This document shows positions 38,442-48,442 of a stretch of DNA of 64,000 nucleotides, one piece after another; the first letter of the stretch is position 1; every line of letters starts with the position of its first letter. The notes below the pieces were generated by a model that was not told the origin of the DNA, ran no database searches, and worked only from the letters and a program-made list of their open reading frames with translations. Where the stretch lies: NCBI GenBank assembly GCA_045656445.1, contig JAZORD010000052.1, forward strand, positions 9,494-73,493, given 5' to 3'. Both the position numbers and the translations under genes were made by a program. This stretch comes from Eubacteriales bacterium. Its GTDB lineage: Bacteria; Bacillota; Clostridia; Oscillospirales; CAG-272.

Positions 38442-39701
38442 TTAAGTACGCTTAACGCGGTCGCCTGGAAGCGTTGTAACGAATCCCGCAATCTCAAGGC
38501 GCAAAAGCACCTGCATAATTTCACGCAAGCTGTATTTTTCATCTATTAGCTCTTCAACAGAGCAATGCGAATCAATCGGTATTTTGTTATATAAATTGAC
38601 GGTTTTTTCATCAAACGAGGACGTAATACGCTCAACGTTTACGTCTGACGTTTTTATTTCAGGAGCGCTTTTTTCACTCCGAGGGGTGATGGCGCGCCCT
38701 GTGCGCTTAGGTTTTGAATTAAACACGTCGTCATCAAGCGCAACGCAGGAAACCTGAAGCCCACGCAAAACTGCGTACATATCCACACGTTCGCCGCTTG
38801 AAAGCTTAAAAGGATTAAGCCTTACCGGAACTTGATTTTCAAAATCCCTGACTATATCGTCAGCAGATGTGAAGGCTTTAGCTCCGTTTTTAAGCAGAAG
38901 CATCGGCGCCTGGCTGTTAAGACTTCCCACATTTCCGGGAAATGCGTAAACCGTCTTTCCCTGCTCAAAGGCCTGCCGCGCCGTTATTAAAGCTCCGCTT
39001 TTCTCACTGCCCTCTATAACCAGCGTTATTTCCGAAAGCGCGCTGATTATGCGATTCCGCACGGGAAAATTGTATTTTTTCGGTCGAGTTCCCGGTGCAT
39101 ACTCCGTCATAACGCAGCCGCGCTTAACAATTTCCTGTGCGAGCCTTCGGTGCTGCATAGGATAGCAGACATCAATTCCGCTTCCAAGTATAGCAACGGT
39201 TGGCATCGATACAGAAACAGCGCCGGCAAGCGCGACGCCGTCTATTCCTATCGCCATACCCGAAACTATAACGGCACCGGCACGTGCCAAATCGTTTGCA
39301 ATCGAAAACGTATGCTTTCTGCCGTAAGAGGTAAGCTTTCTGGTTCCCACTATAGACGCAAAAAAGTTATTGTTAAAATCCGGAAGCGAGCCTCTATAGT
39401 AAAGAAGCACCGGCGGATTTTTTATTTTCCTAAGAGAGCTTGGAAAACGGCTGTCGAAATACGTGAGTATTCCTATATTTTTACTCTCACAAAAATCAAG
39501 TATTCGTTCCGCCTCATCGGTATTTTTATTTATAAGCGAATCGTAATCCTTTGATTTTGAGCCAATGCAAGCGGCTATTTCTGAGCTTTCGGCAGCATAT
39601 ATTTTCTCTGCTGTCGAAAATCTATCAAGCAACTTTGCAAAGCTCTCCGTGCCCGGTGTGCAGGAAAGCGATAACCAGATAACACTCAAAAGATTACTCA
39701 T
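38442..39701 (-). CDS. dprA: DNA-processing protein DprA
   Basis: 419 aa. Rossmann-like DprA core (VSGMAIGIDG..., GSEKSGALITA) and a C-terminal winged-helix domain. A somewhat long linker between the core and the C-terminal domain. Confidence 0.88.
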   Translation of the reverse strand: MSNLLSVIWLSLSCTPGTESFAKLLDRFSTAEKIYAAESSEIAACIGSKSKDYDSLINKNTDEAERILDFCESKNIGILTYFDSRFPSSLRKIKNPPVLLYYRGSLPDFNNNFFASIVGTRKLTSYGRKHTFSIANDLARAGAVIVSGMAIGIDGVALAGAVSVSMPTVAILGSGIDVCYPMQHRRLAQEIVKRGCVMTEYAPGTRPKKYNFPVRNRIISALSEITLVIEGSEKSGALITARQAFEQGKTVYAFPGNVGSLNSQAPMLLLKNGAKAFTSADDIVRDFENQVPVRLNPFKLSSGERVDMYAVLRGLQVSCVALDDDVFNSKPKRTGRAITPRSEKSAPEIKTSDVNVERITSSFDEKTVNLYNKIPIDSHCSVEELIDEKYSLREIMQVLLRLEIAGFVTTLPGDRVKRT

Positions 39702-39709
39702 AGTTCACC

Positions 39710-40546
39710 TCAAATTTGTTTGGACTGCTCCCACATAAATACGGCGGCGGCAACGGAAGCATTCAAGGATTCCGTCTTCCTTGAAATAGGGATATATATG
39801 CTGCCGGAGCAAACGGAGGATACTTCAGAGCAAATTCCATGCCCCTCATTTCCTATTATTACAGCATCGGTAGGCAAAAGCCCTATCTCACCGAGCGAAA
39901 GCGCGCCATCTCTAAGCTCTGCCGAAAAAACTCGCCTTCCCAGTGATTTTAAGGCATCAATTAGAGAAACGAGGTCTTCCACCACGGTTATTTTAACGCG
40001 AAAAAGACTGCCCATCGCGCTTCTGACAGTCTTAGGATTATATATATCCGCAGAATCGGCAGTTATAAATATATGATCTACCCCAAAGGCAACGGCGCTT
40101 CTGATAACCGCCCCAATATTGCCGGGGTCGCGAACAGACGAGAGTATAATAATTCGCTCCTCTGCTTCCAAAGAAAACTCTTCCTTATATATTATATCAA
40201 TATCACGGAAAAAGTCAAGATATTTTATCACACTTATGATTCCCTGTGGGGCTTTTTCGGTAGAAATTTTTTCAAATGCACCGTCGGAAAGGATAGCAAT
40301 TTCGGTGTTTTTATATAAGTCGGCAGAAAGATACCCTCCAAGCCTGTCCAAAAGATTGCATTTCTTGCTCTCTGTTATAAAGATATTCGTTACCGGGAGT
40401 CCTGCTTCAAGCGCCTCAATGGTAAGCTTCTCCCCCTCGGCAATAAACGAACCCGCAGCATCTCTGCCCTTTTTAGAGGATAGTGCCGCTGCCCATTTTA
40501 CCTTTGGATTATTCCTGCTGGTTATGATTTCTTCTTGAATTTTCAT
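39710..40546 (-). CDS. TrmH/SpoU-family RNA 2'-O-methyltransferase
   Basis: 278 aa. SpoU substrate-binding N-terminal domain plus methylase motifs (DPGNIGAVIRSA, IGNEGHG, LNASVAAAV). Confidence 0.85.
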   Translation of the reverse strand: MKIQEEIITSRNNPKVKWAAALSSKKGRDAAGSFIAEGEKLTIEALEAGLPVTNIFITESKKCNLLDRLGGYLSADLYKNTEIAILSDGAFEKISTEKAPQGIISVIKYLDFFRDIDIIYKEEFSLEAEERIIILSSVRDPGNIGAVIRSAVAFGVDHIFITADSADIYNPKTVRSAMGSLFRVKITVVEDLVSLIDALKSLGRRVFSAELRDGALSLGEIGLLPTDAVIIGNEGHGICSEVSSVCSGSIYIPISRKTESLNASVAAAVFMWEQSKQI

Positions 40547-40566
40547 AAGTATTTTCTCCAGAATTT

Positions 40567-40605
40567 AAAAAAATCCCGGTTGACCGACTTTACGGAAAAC
40601 CGGGA
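40567..40605 (-). terminator. intrinsic terminator after rplT
   Basis: Reverse strand: tcccggtt / aaccggga stem followed by ttttttt. Confidence 0.6.
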
Positions 40606-40612
40606 ATTAATA

Positions 40613-40966
40613 TTAAAGTGCTGCCTTCGCCTTTTCACAAATTGCTGCAAAAGCATCCTTGTCTGCAACAGCAATTTCAGCAAGCATCTTGCGGTTGAGG
40701 TCAATGCCGGCAACCTTAAGACCGTGCATAAGAGTCGAGTAGTTCATACCGTTTACCTTTGCCTGCGCGGAAATTCTCGCAATCCAAAGGGCACGGAAAT
40801 TTCTCTTCTTCTGCTTGCGTCCTACGTAAGCATAGTTACCGCTTTTGAGAACGGCTTGTTTAGCCATCTTAAAATGCTTGGATTTTGCGCCCCAATAACC
40901 CTTAGCTGCCTTGAGTACGCTCTTTCTTCTTTTGCGCGTCATTATAGCGCCCTTAACTCTTGCCAT
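40613..40966 (-). CDS. rplT: 50S ribosomal protein L20
   Basis: 117 aa. [29 protein letters not shown]... is canonical L20. Confidence 0.97.
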   Translation of the reverse strand: MARVKGAIMTRKRRKSVLKAAKGYWGAKSKHFKMAKQAVLKSGNYAYVGRKQKKRNFRALWIARISAQAKVNGMNYSTLMHGLKVAGIDLNRKMLAEIAVADKDAFAAICEKAKAAL

Positions 40967-41000
40967 TTATCTATTCCTCCAAATTTTCTCTTTTTCCTTA

Positions 41001-41195
41001 TTACTTCTGAATAAGGCTTCTGTAAGTAGGTGCAAAGCTCTCGCTCAAAATAGCGCCCTTGCGAAGACCTCTCTTACGCTTTGCGGTCTTGTGACCGAGA
41101 TTGTGACGGTGGTTGTTGTGTGACATCTTCACCTTGCCGCTTCCGGTGAGAGAAAATCTCTTGGCAGATGCTTTATGTGTCTTGATTTTTCCCAT
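41001..41195 (-). CDS. rpmI: 50S ribosomal protein L35
   Basis: 64 aa. MGKIKTHKASAKRFSLTGSGKVK... is canonical L35. Confidence 0.95.
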   Translation of the reverse strand: MGKIKTHKASAKRFSLTGSGKVKMSHNNHRHNLGHKTAKRKRGLRKGAILSESFAPTYRSLIQK

Positions 41196-41268
41196 AATTT
41201 ATTCTCCTTTTTCTTGGGTTTTACCCTTATTTATAAATACAAATTCGAAATGAATCCATAATTAACGG

Positions 41269-41799
41269 TTATTTTTTGTCCGGCTTTACCGGCGAAAGAA
41301 TTATAGACATGAAACGTCCCTCAAGCGTCGGCTTCTTCTCTGCAACTCCGGATCCCTCGCATGCCGACTCAAACTTCTCAATAACCTCGCGTCCAAGCTC
41401 CATATGTGACATTTCTCTTCCCTTGAAGCGAACAACAGCCTTAACCTTGTTTCCCTCTGCGAGAAATTTTTTGGCGTGGTTTACACGGGTGTCAAAATCG
41501 TGTTTCTCAATACGGCAGGACAACTGCACTTCCTTTACCTTAACTATAACCTGCTTTTTCTTCGCTTCCTTTTCTCTCTTATCACGTTCAAAGCAGAACT
41601 TTCCGTAGTCAATAGCGCGACATACGGGCGGGGTCGCATTTGGGACAATCAGAACAAGATCGACGCCATTATTGTAAGCATACGCCTTAGCGTCATCAAT
41701 TTTCATAATTCCAAGCTGTTCATTGTTTGCTCCTATTACTCTTACCTCAGGGACCCTGATTTCGTCGTTGATAGGCAAATCCTTGTTGTTAGTGCTAAT
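41269..41799 (-). CDS. infC: translation initiation factor IF-3, ATT start codon
   Basis: The IF-3 body (INDEIRVPEVRVIGANNEQLG...) begins at ISTNNKDL. ATT at 41799-41797 sits 8 nt after a GGAGG. An unusual AUU start is the known infC autoregulatory feature. The ORF-track N-terminal 32 aa are leader sequence. Confidence 0.85.
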   Translation of the reverse strand: MSTNNKDLPINDEIRVPEVRVIGANNEQLGIMKIDDAKAYAYNNGVDLVLIVPNATPPVCRAIDYGKFCFERDKREKEAKKKQVIVKVKEVQLSCRIEKHDFDTRVNHAKKFLAEGNKVKAVVRFKGREMSHMELGREVIEKFESACEGSGVAEKKPTLEGRFMSIILSPVKPDKK

Positions 41800-41809
41800 T
41801 GTTTTATAC

Positions 41810-41951
41810 CTCCGAAAACAAAAAATGCATACAGAATTTTCCGTACGCACCCAAATCCCACAGCATCGGTGGGAATAAGTATTAACCATACGCACCCTTG
41901 TGGTATGGTGAGAACGGAAATTCTGCTTGTTTGTAGAAGACTCTTATCTTC
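41810..41951 (-). promoter_or_regulatory. infC-rpmI-rplT leader with internal intrinsic terminator (L20-type attenuator leader)
   Basis: About 140-nt leader with hairpins ccatac..gtatgg and cccac..gtggg. Then a 9-bp stem ugcguacgg/cuguaugca followed by UUUUUUGUUUU (41815-41849), immediately before the RBS. This matches the Bacillota L20-mediated attenuation architecture. Not verified against a covariance model. Confidence 0.5.
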
Positions 41952-41957
41952 CATAGC

Positions 41958-41986
41958 ATTATATCACCGTTTTTTCTATTTGTCAA
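41958..41986 (-). promoter_or_regulatory. consensus sigma-A promoter of the infC operon (TTGACA-17-TATAAT)
   Basis: Reverse strand reads ttgaca(17 nt)tataat. Confidence 0.7.
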
Positions 41987-42121
41987 TAGTTTTTTGAAAA
42001 CATTTTTAAATTTCAAATATTTATTATTTTTTTGTAATAGGTAGATTTTTTCTCAACTATGTGTTATAATATTATGAATACTTATTTAAATATCTAGATA
42101 TAACTTTAAAGAGGTACTATA

Positions 42122-44449
42122 ATGTCAGAAAATCAAAATTATATAGAACTAAACCTTCCCCTCCTTCCGCTCCGCGGAATCGTAGGCTTTCCCGCAGTTC
42201 AAATAAGCATTGAGATTGCGCGCCCCTCATCGTTAAAGGCGTTTACAGCTGCGGCCACTATGAACGAGGCAAAAATTCTTCTCGTTACACAAAGGGATAT
42301 TTCCGTCGAAGACCCGAAGGAAAAGGATCTTTACAAAACCGGCGTTCTCGCAGAAATTAAACACGTGGTAAAAAACCCTCAGGGCACTCTGTCTGTAATT
42401 TTCGAGGGTCTTTCGAGGGTTAAGCTGACATCTGTAACAAACAATACCGATTTTATAACCGCAACTGCAATGCTCAGAAAAGAGTCGAGGGTTTCTTTTA
42501 TTTCCCAAAACGTTGAGGCGCTGATGCACGAGGTGAAAAACCGTCTTACCAGAATTAGAGATATTCACCCCACCTTTACTGAAGATATGCGACTTGCCGC
42601 AGAGGCCATATCCGACCCTGGATACCTTGCGGATTTCGTGGCCTCCTCTGCAATTATAGACTACAAAAACAAACAAGAGGTGCTTGAAGCCGTAATGCCA
42701 AAAACACGGCTTGAAAAATTACTGATTGCTCTTGAAGAGGAGACGATGCTCCTTGAGTGCGAGCACTCAATTCAGATGCAGGTCAGAGAAAAAATAGACC
42801 GAAATCAAAAGGACTATTTTCTCCGTGAACAGATAAAGGCTATTCAATCCGAGCTTGGTGATGACGATGATGACGAAATCAAGGAATACGAAGATAAGAT
42901 AAATGCGGCAAAGCTTCCCGACGACATCAGAGAAAAGCTGTTTAAAGAGCTGGGAAAACTTGCGAAAACTCCATTTGGCGCGGCAGAAAGCGCCGTTATC
43001 AGAACCTATCTTGACACCTGCCTTGATTTTCCATTCTCAAAAAAATCCTCTGACCCCGTAACCGTAGAGGAAGCTCGCAAAATTCTTGATGCCGATCACG
43101 ACGGACTAAAAAAGGTAAAGGAAAGAATACTTGAATTCGTGGCAGTCAAGCAATTCTCACCGAACGTAAAAAACCAGATAATATGCCTCGTGGGACCTCC
43201 GGGCGTAGGAAAGACCTCGGTGGCTGCTTCGGTTGCAAGAGCGCTTAAGAGAAAATACGCACGAGTTTCGCTTGGCGGAATGCACGATGAGGCTGAGATA
43301 CGCGGTCATAGAAAAACCTACGTCGGTGCTATGCCGGGTAGAATAGTTACCGCTCTCATTAACGCAAAGGTTGAAAATCCGGTTATCGTCCTTGACGAAA
43401 TTGATAAAATGGCAAGAGATTTCAGGGGCGACCCCACATCAGCTCTTCTTGAGGTGCTTGACCCTGAACAAAACAAGTCCTTCCGCGACAACTTTATGGA
43501 AATACCCATCGATTTATCCGACGCTTTGTTTATCGCCACGGCAAATAGCTACGAGGGCATCCCTGCCCCGCTTCTTGACAGAATGGAAATCATTGAACTT
43601 TCTACATATACCGATACCGAAAAGCTGGCGATAGCAAAAAATCATCTTGTGCCGAAGCAGCTCAAGCGAAACGGTATGAACGGCAGGATGTTCAGAATAA
43701 CCGATTCTGGAATCCTTGAGCTGATAAAAAGCTATACGAAAGAGGCGGGAGTCCGTAATCTTGAGCGCGAGCTTGCATCTCTTATAAGGAAAAGCGCTAA
43801 GAAAATTGCAGAAACAGGGGTTAAATCGGTAAGGATTACTGAAAACAACCTGGTTGAATTTCTCGGAAAAGCAAAGGTTATTCCCGAAAAGCTTGAGGCA
43901 AATGACCCTGTTGGCGTGGTTAACGGTCTTGCATACACCCAAGCGGGCGGCGATTTGCTTAAGGTAGAGGTTGCCGCAATGGAAGGAACAGGGAAAATTG
44001 AGCTGACCGGTTCTCTTGGTGAGGTTATGAAGGAGTCCGCAAAGATTGCTCATTCCTATGTGAGAACTATTGCTTCGGATTATGGAATAAACGTTGATTT
44101 TTATAAAAGCTCCGACATTCATATACACTTCCCGGAGGGCGCTATTCCCAAGGACGGTCCGTCTGCCGGAGTCACTATGGTCACGGCAATCGTGAGCGCT
44201 CTCGGAAATATTCCCGTAAGACGCGACGTAGCAATGACCGGCGAGGTAACGCTCCGCGGCAACGTATTACCGATAGGTGGGCTTAAAGAGAAAACCCTTG
44301 CCGCATACCGCGCCGGAATCAAGACCGTGATACTTCCCGAGGATAATCTTCGCGACCTTGACGAAATAGACGCTGAGGCGCGCGAAAATCTTAATTTTAT
44401 TCCGTGCAAAACCGCATCAGAGGTTTTAACTCACGCGCTTACAAAATAA
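42122..44449 (+). CDS. lon: ATP-dependent Lon protease
   Basis: 775 aa. LON N-domain, GPPGVGKTS Walker A, catalytic Ser in [11 protein letters not shown], Lys in GGLKEK. TGtTATAAT extended -10 at 42052-42060. Confidence 0.97.
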   Translation: MSENQNYIELNLPLLPLRGIVGFPAVQISIEIARPSSLKAFTAAATMNEAKILLVTQRDISVEDPKEKDLYKTGVLAEIKHVVKNPQGTLSVIFEGLSRVKLTSVTNNTDFITATAMLRKESRVSFISQNVEALMHEVKNRLTRIRDIHPTFTEDMRLAAEAISDPGYLADFVASSAIIDYKNKQEVLEAVMPKTRLEKLLIALEEETMLLECEHSIQMQVREKIDRNQKDYFLREQIKAIQSELGDDDDDEIKEYEDKINAAKLPDDIREKLFKELGKLAKTPFGAAESAVIRTYLDTCLDFPFSKKSSDPVTVEEARKILDADHDGLKKVKERILEFVAVKQFSPNVKNQIICLVGPPGVGKTSVAASVARALKRKYARVSLGGMHDEAEIRGHRKTYVGAMPGRIVTALINAKVENPVIVLDEIDKMARDFRGDPTSALLEVLDPEQNKSFRDNFMEIPIDLSDALFIATANSYEGIPAPLLDRMEIIELSTYTDTEKLAIAKNHLVPKQLKRNGMNGRMFRITDSGILELIKSYTKEAGVRNLERELASLIRKSAKKIAETGVKSVRITENNLVEFLGKAKVIPEKLEANDPVGVVNGLAYTQAGGDLLKVEVAAMEGTGKIELTGSLGEVMKESAKIAHSYVRTIASDYGINVDFYKSSDIHIHFPEGAIPKDGPSAGVTMVTAIVSALGNIPVRRDVAMTGEVTLRGNVLPIGGLKEKTLAAYRAGIKTVILPEDNLRDLDEIDAEARENLNFIPCKTASEVLTHALTK

Positions 44450-44465
44450 TTTTTAGGAAATAAAA

Positions 44466-45065
44466 ATGAAACTAAACGTCAATAATGCTAATATAGCGAT
44501 GACGGTGGGTAACGCCGCTCATTTTCCGCGCGACCCGCGCCCCGAGGTTGCGCTCTCCGGTCGCTCGAACGTAGGAAAAAGCTCGCTTATAAACACCCTG
44601 CTTTCGAGAAAATCTCTAGCAAGGGTTTCCTCAGCCCCCGGAAAAACTATAACCATTAATTATTACGATATCGACCAAAAAATGTATCTTGTTGACCTTC
44701 CCGGATACGGCTACGCAAAAAGGTCCAAAGAATCAAAAAGGTCCTGGAGCACGCTCACGGAGGATTACTTTCTCAAAAATCCCTCAAAGGACTCCATAAA
44801 GCTCGTCATTCAGCTTATAGATATACGAATCGACCCCACGGAAGACGATATTTTGATGATAAACTGGCTTATCGACGAAAACTTCCCATTTGTCGTCGTC
44901 GCAACGAAAACAGATAAGCTTTCAAAAGCACAGCTTAACGCTGCCATAAAAAAACTTAACGATGAATATTTTCTTGGAACGGGAATAGAAATTATTCCCT
45001 TCTCATCCGTTACTAAGGACGGCAAGGATTTGGTTTGGAGCAAAATAATGGATGCGATATCCTAG
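44466..45065 (+). CDS. engB: ribosome biogenesis GTP-binding protein YihA/YsxC (EngB)
   Basis: 199 aa. GRSNVGKSSLIN G1, DLPGYG G3, TKTDK G4. Confidence 0.92.
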   Translation: MKLNVNNANIAMTVGNAAHFPRDPRPEVALSGRSNVGKSSLINTLLSRKSLARVSSAPGKTITINYYDIDQKMYLVDLPGYGYAKRSKESKRSWSTLTEDYFLKNPSKDSIKLVIQLIDIRIDPTEDDILMINWLIDENFPFVVVATKTDKLSKAQLNAAIKKLNDEYFLGTGIEIIPFSSVTKDGKDLVWSKIMDAIS

Positions 45066-45075
45066 GGTGTAATGT

Positions 45076-45819
45076 ATGGATAACCTTATTTATTATATTC
45101 TTTCGGCGCTTGCCGTTTTGATAATTCTTACCGTGCATGAATATTCGCACGGATATGCAGCGTATAAGCTCGGAGATAATACTGCGAGAAATCTCGGGAG
45201 ACTTTCCTTAAATCCTATAAAGCATCTAGACCCTGCCGGTGCTATATGCATGATTTTATTTCATTTCGGTTGGGCAAAGCCGGTTCCTATAAACCCTCGC
45301 AATTTCAAAAATCCAAAAAGAGATTTTGCTATAACGGCTCTTGCCGGTCCGCTCTCAAATATTCTGCTTGCGTTTTTCTCGGCATTTTTTTACCTGCTCT
45401 TACAGGCGCTTTTTCGCGGAGTGAGCTTTGAATCGGAATTTCTTTATTCACTTGCATCAAATGCACTCCTCTTCGTATATCTTTTTCACGCTATAAACGT
45501 CGGTATAGGAATTTTCAATCTTATTCCCATACCGCCCCTTGACGGCTCAAGAATACTCAACGCAGTTTTACCGCCAAGAATATATTTCGGTATAATGAAA
45601 TACGAGCAAAGGATATACTGGGCGCTCGTGTGCTGGCTGATTTTCGGCACTTACGTCGCAAGAGCACTGCTGTCTATACCGATCATTGCAAACAGTGCGG
45701 TTTTATCCTTTATTGCCGGACTTTTCTCGCTTTCCGATATACTCTCAACTGTATTTGATGCAGTTTCCCGACTTATGATGAATTTCTGGCGGCTTATCCC
45801 ATTTTTAAATCCGAGGTAA
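45076..45819 (+). CDS. site-2 protease family (M50) membrane metalloprotease
   Basis: 247 aa, multi-TM. HEYSHG (HExxH) and NLIPIPPLDGSR motifs. Confidence 0.85.
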   Translation: MDNLIYYILSALAVLIILTVHEYSHGYAAYKLGDNTARNLGRLSLNPIKHLDPAGAICMILFHFGWAKPVPINPRNFKNPKRDFAITALAGPLSNILLAFFSAFFYLLLQALFRGVSFESEFLYSLASNALLFVYLFHAINVGIGIFNLIPIPPLDGSRILNAVLPPRIYFGIMKYEQRIYWALVCWLIFGTYVARALLSIPIIANSAVLSFIAGLFSLSDILSTVFDAVSRLMMNFWRLIPFLNPR

Positions 45820-45825
45820 TATTCA

Positions 45826-46671
45826 ATGATAGAACAATTGACCTACAGGCTTGACCAATTTGAAGGTCCGCTTGACCTTTTGCTTACACTGATAAGCAAA
45901 AACAAGGTGAGCATTACCGATATTCCAATAGCAATTATATGCGATCAGTATATGGAGTACATCGAGGTTGCTCAAAAAATGGACCTTGATATAGCCAGCG
46001 AATTTATAGTTATGGCAAGCGAACTTATGCTTATTAAGAGCAGGATGCTCCTGCCCCACGAGGAAGGAACCGAAAACGACCCGCGCCGTGAAATTGCCGA
46101 CGCCCTTCTTCTCTATCAGCAGGCTAAGCTTGCCGCAAAGGAGCTGCGCCCCCTTTACGACGAATATTCCTCACGATGTGTCAAGGGCACAGACGAGGTT
46201 CCGCCCGAAAAGGGACTTCCGTTGAATCTCAACCCGAATATGCTTATTTCGGCTCTTGGAGCCGTTATGCGAAGAATCAAGGTCGCTCAAGCAGAAAGAA
46301 CTCCCACCGAGCTTGTAAATCCGCTTATAAAGCACAAAATTGTTTCTGTGGAAGAAAAAATCGAGGAAATCTGCTCGCTTCTTGAGGAGCACGAGGAGGC
46401 ATCCTTGTTCTTTCTTTTAAAGGACTCCGATTCAAGACCCGAGCTTGTTGCGCGATTTATGGGAATCCTTGAGCTTATAAAAATACATCGCATTACTATA
46501 ACGACAGCTCATTGTGTCGACGACGTTATTGAGTACGACGATTGCGGTCTTGAAATGAAATTCAAATTGAACCCCGTTTTTGTTCCCGGTGATATAACCG
46601 AAAGTGAATTTGATTTATCCCCTGACGATGACGATAAAAATACGAGCGACAAAGAAGAGGACGAAAAATGA
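45826..46671 (+). CDS. scpA: segregation and condensation protein A (kleisin)
   Basis: 281 aa. FEGPLDLLLTLISKNKVSITDIPIA N-terminus. Acidic C-terminal tail. Confidence 0.92.
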   Translation: MIEQLTYRLDQFEGPLDLLLTLISKNKVSITDIPIAIICDQYMEYIEVAQKMDLDIASEFIVMASELMLIKSRMLLPHEEGTENDPRREIADALLLYQQAKLAAKELRPLYDEYSSRCVKGTDEVPPEKGLPLNLNPNMLISALGAVMRRIKVAQAERTPTELVNPLIKHKIVSVEEKIEEICSLLEEHEEASLFFLLKDSDSRPELVARFMGILELIKIHRITITTAHCVDDVIEYDDCGLEMKFKLNPVFVPGDITESEFDLSPDDDDKNTSDKEEDEK

Positions 46672-47435
46672 CTGACAACCTAACAATCGCTACCGATACA
46701 CAGGAATTGGAAAAGGAAACGGTAGAAAAACAGAACATTGAACCCGAAAGAACAGTAATATTCGAAGAGGCTCTTGAGGCTATTCTTTTTGCTGCAGGAC
46801 ACCCTATTTCCTATGCGACGCTTGCAAGAATTTTTGATATGACTCCCTCGGCAATAAGGGATAAGGTTAGTGAATATTCGCTGAAATACAACAACTCAGA
46901 GCTGCCGCGAGGTGTAATTTTGCTTACTTACGGCGACTCCTGCCAGCTTTGCACTAAAAAATACTACCTCGCAGAGATAAGGGATGCGCTTGGAATAAGA
47001 AAGAGCGGCACTCTTTCAACATCTTCTATGGAAGCCCTAGCTATTATCGCATATAACCAGCCTGTAACCAGAGCCTTTGTTGATACGCTTAGGCGTGTTG
47101 ATTCCTCATATGCGATGAACAACCTGCTTGACCGCGGTCTGATTGAATCCAAGGGACGTATGGATGCACCGGGCAGACCGATGTTATACGGCACTACTCA
47201 GGATTTCCTTCGTTGCTTTGGAATAAAGGACCTATCTTCCCTGCCAAAAACCACCGACGAGCTTATGGAGGTATTTGACAAGGCGAAAATATCTGATGCT
47301 GAAAGCTTGGCTGCCGAAGATGCTGAAAGCGCTGAGTCTGTAGCCCAAAACGATAATTATACTACCGAAGCTCCCCAGCTTGAAATTGAGATTGAAGAGC
47401 CCTCGGCAGACGACGATATTGTAACTGATATATAA
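46668..47435 (+). CDS. scpB: segregation and condensation protein B
   Basis: 255 aa. EAILFAAGHPIS and LEALAIIAYNQPVTRAFVD motifs. 4-nt overlap with scpA. Long acidic C-terminal tail. Confidence 0.92.
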   Translation: MTDNLTIATDTQELEKETVEKQNIEPERTVIFEEALEAILFAAGHPISYATLARIFDMTPSAIRDKVSEYSLKYNNSELPRGVILLTYGDSCQLCTKKYYLAEIRDALGIRKSGTLSTSSMEALAIIAYNQPVTRAFVDTLRRVDSSYAMNNLLDRGLIESKGRMDAPGRPMLYGTTQDFLRCFGIKDLSSLPKTTDELMEVFDKAKISDAESLAAEDAESAESVAQNDNYTTEAPQLEIEIEEPSADDDIVTDI

Positions 47436-47462
47436 AATACATATCTATATATCGGAGGCGCT

Positions 47463-48014
47463 ATGTCCGGATTTTTGTTGGCTTTCATACTTATTATGAC
47501 AGTCACCTTAGTCGTCATTGAAACCGTGACCGTCAGATTTATCTACAGGGACGAGCTTATAATACGAATTGACTTTCTTTTAGTTCAGCTCATATTATAT
47601 CCCTCACGCAACAGAAAACGGCAGCGAAAAAGGAAAAATCTTTTAACTGAAATAAGAAGAGGCTTCTCGAAGGCATCCGCCACTAAAAAGGCGCTTGAAT
47701 ATCTCTTTTCCCGCTCTCACGTAACGGTGCGGGAGCTTGACATCAGGAGAAAGGATGACGACCCGGCAAGGCTTGCCCTTGCCTCGCAGCGCGCATATAC
47801 GGTTATAACAATAATCATAGCCTACTTATCCCTAAAAACAGAAGCGCTTGTTGCTTCTAATCCCCCTCAAATATTGAGTGAATCTGAAAATGAACCACGC
47901 TTGACACTTGACGTTTCCTTAGCATCAACGCTACTAAGAATTATATCTTCTTTCGTAATATTCATATCAAACGCATACAGATATAAAAGAAAGCGGGGAC
48001 GCAAAATTGTCTGA
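47463..48014 (+). CDS. small membrane protein, YtfI-like (DUF2953-type), sporulation-associated by context
   Basis: 183 aa. N-terminal TM helix and a basic linker. Located directly upstream of, and overlapping, the ytfJ-like gene, as in the Bacillus ytfI-ytfJ pair. Family call is from memory. Confidence 0.5.
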   Translation: MSGFLLAFILIMTVTLVVIETVTVRFIYRDELIIRIDFLLVQLILYPSRNRKRQRKRKNLLTEIRRGFSKASATKKALEYLFSRSHVTVRELDIRRKDDDPARLALASQRAYTVITIIIAYLSLKTEALVASNPPQILSESENEPRLTLDVSLASTLLRIISSFVIFISNAYRYKRKRGRKIV

Positions 48015-48387
48015 GTCAAAAATGAGCGATATAATCAAGGCGTCGGTTGATGGAATAAGGGACTTTGCTGATATGGAAAGCGCAATAGGAACACCCATTC
48101 AGACTCCTAGCGGAGTTACGGTAATTCCCGTTTCCAAGGTATCCATCGGATTTGCCACCGGCGGTCTTGATTTCGGAGCTAAAAAAATTATTCGGGACCA
48201 AAACTTTGGAGGAGGCGGAGGAACAGGAGTTTCGATAACTCCCGTAGCCTTCCTCACAGTAGGAAAAAACGCAGAGGTAAATCTTATACCTATCAATACC
48301 TCATCAACGAGCGGTCTTGACCAAACGCTTTCGATTATTGAACGCTCTCCCGAAATAATTCAAAAAATCAAAGATGCTTTAACATAA
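48007..48387 (+). CDS. ytfJ: sporulation protein YtfJ/GerW family
   Basis: TPIQTPSGVTVIPVSKVSIGFATGG...GGGGGTGVSITPVAFL is the characteristic YtfJ pattern. Start is either TTG 48007 (GGGGA 7 nt upstream) or ATG 48022. Confidence 0.8.
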   Translation: MSESKMSDIIKASVDGIRDFADMESAIGTPIQTPSGVTVIPVSKVSIGFATGGLDFGAKKIIRDQNFGGGGGTGVSITPVAFLTVGKNAEVNLIPINTSSTSGLDQTLSIIERSPEIIQKIKDALT

Positions 48388-48442
48388 TCTTCTATGAATA
48401 ACTTTCTCTTCTCTACTAAAAATAACAGCGGAGGAGACGGTT

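Noticed and set aside
41800-41895. ATG-initiated 208-aa version of infC.
   Set aside because: The extra 32 residues (MRMVNTYSHRCCGIWVRTENSVCIFCFRRYKT) lie over the leader terminator hairpin. The GGAGG RBS is positioned for the ATT at 41799, which fits the well-known non-canonical infC start.
41800-42121. The gene orientation switches here, with the minus-strand block ending at infC and the plus-strand block starting at lon. The region is AT-rich. I considered a replication origin.
   Set aside because: No DnaA-box-like TTATCCACA/TGTGGATAA sequences are seen, and no dnaA, dnaN or other origin-proximal genes are nearby. Orientation switches again at about 50.7 kb and 61.1 kb. The region is fully explained by the infC promoter and L20-type leader plus the lon promoter.
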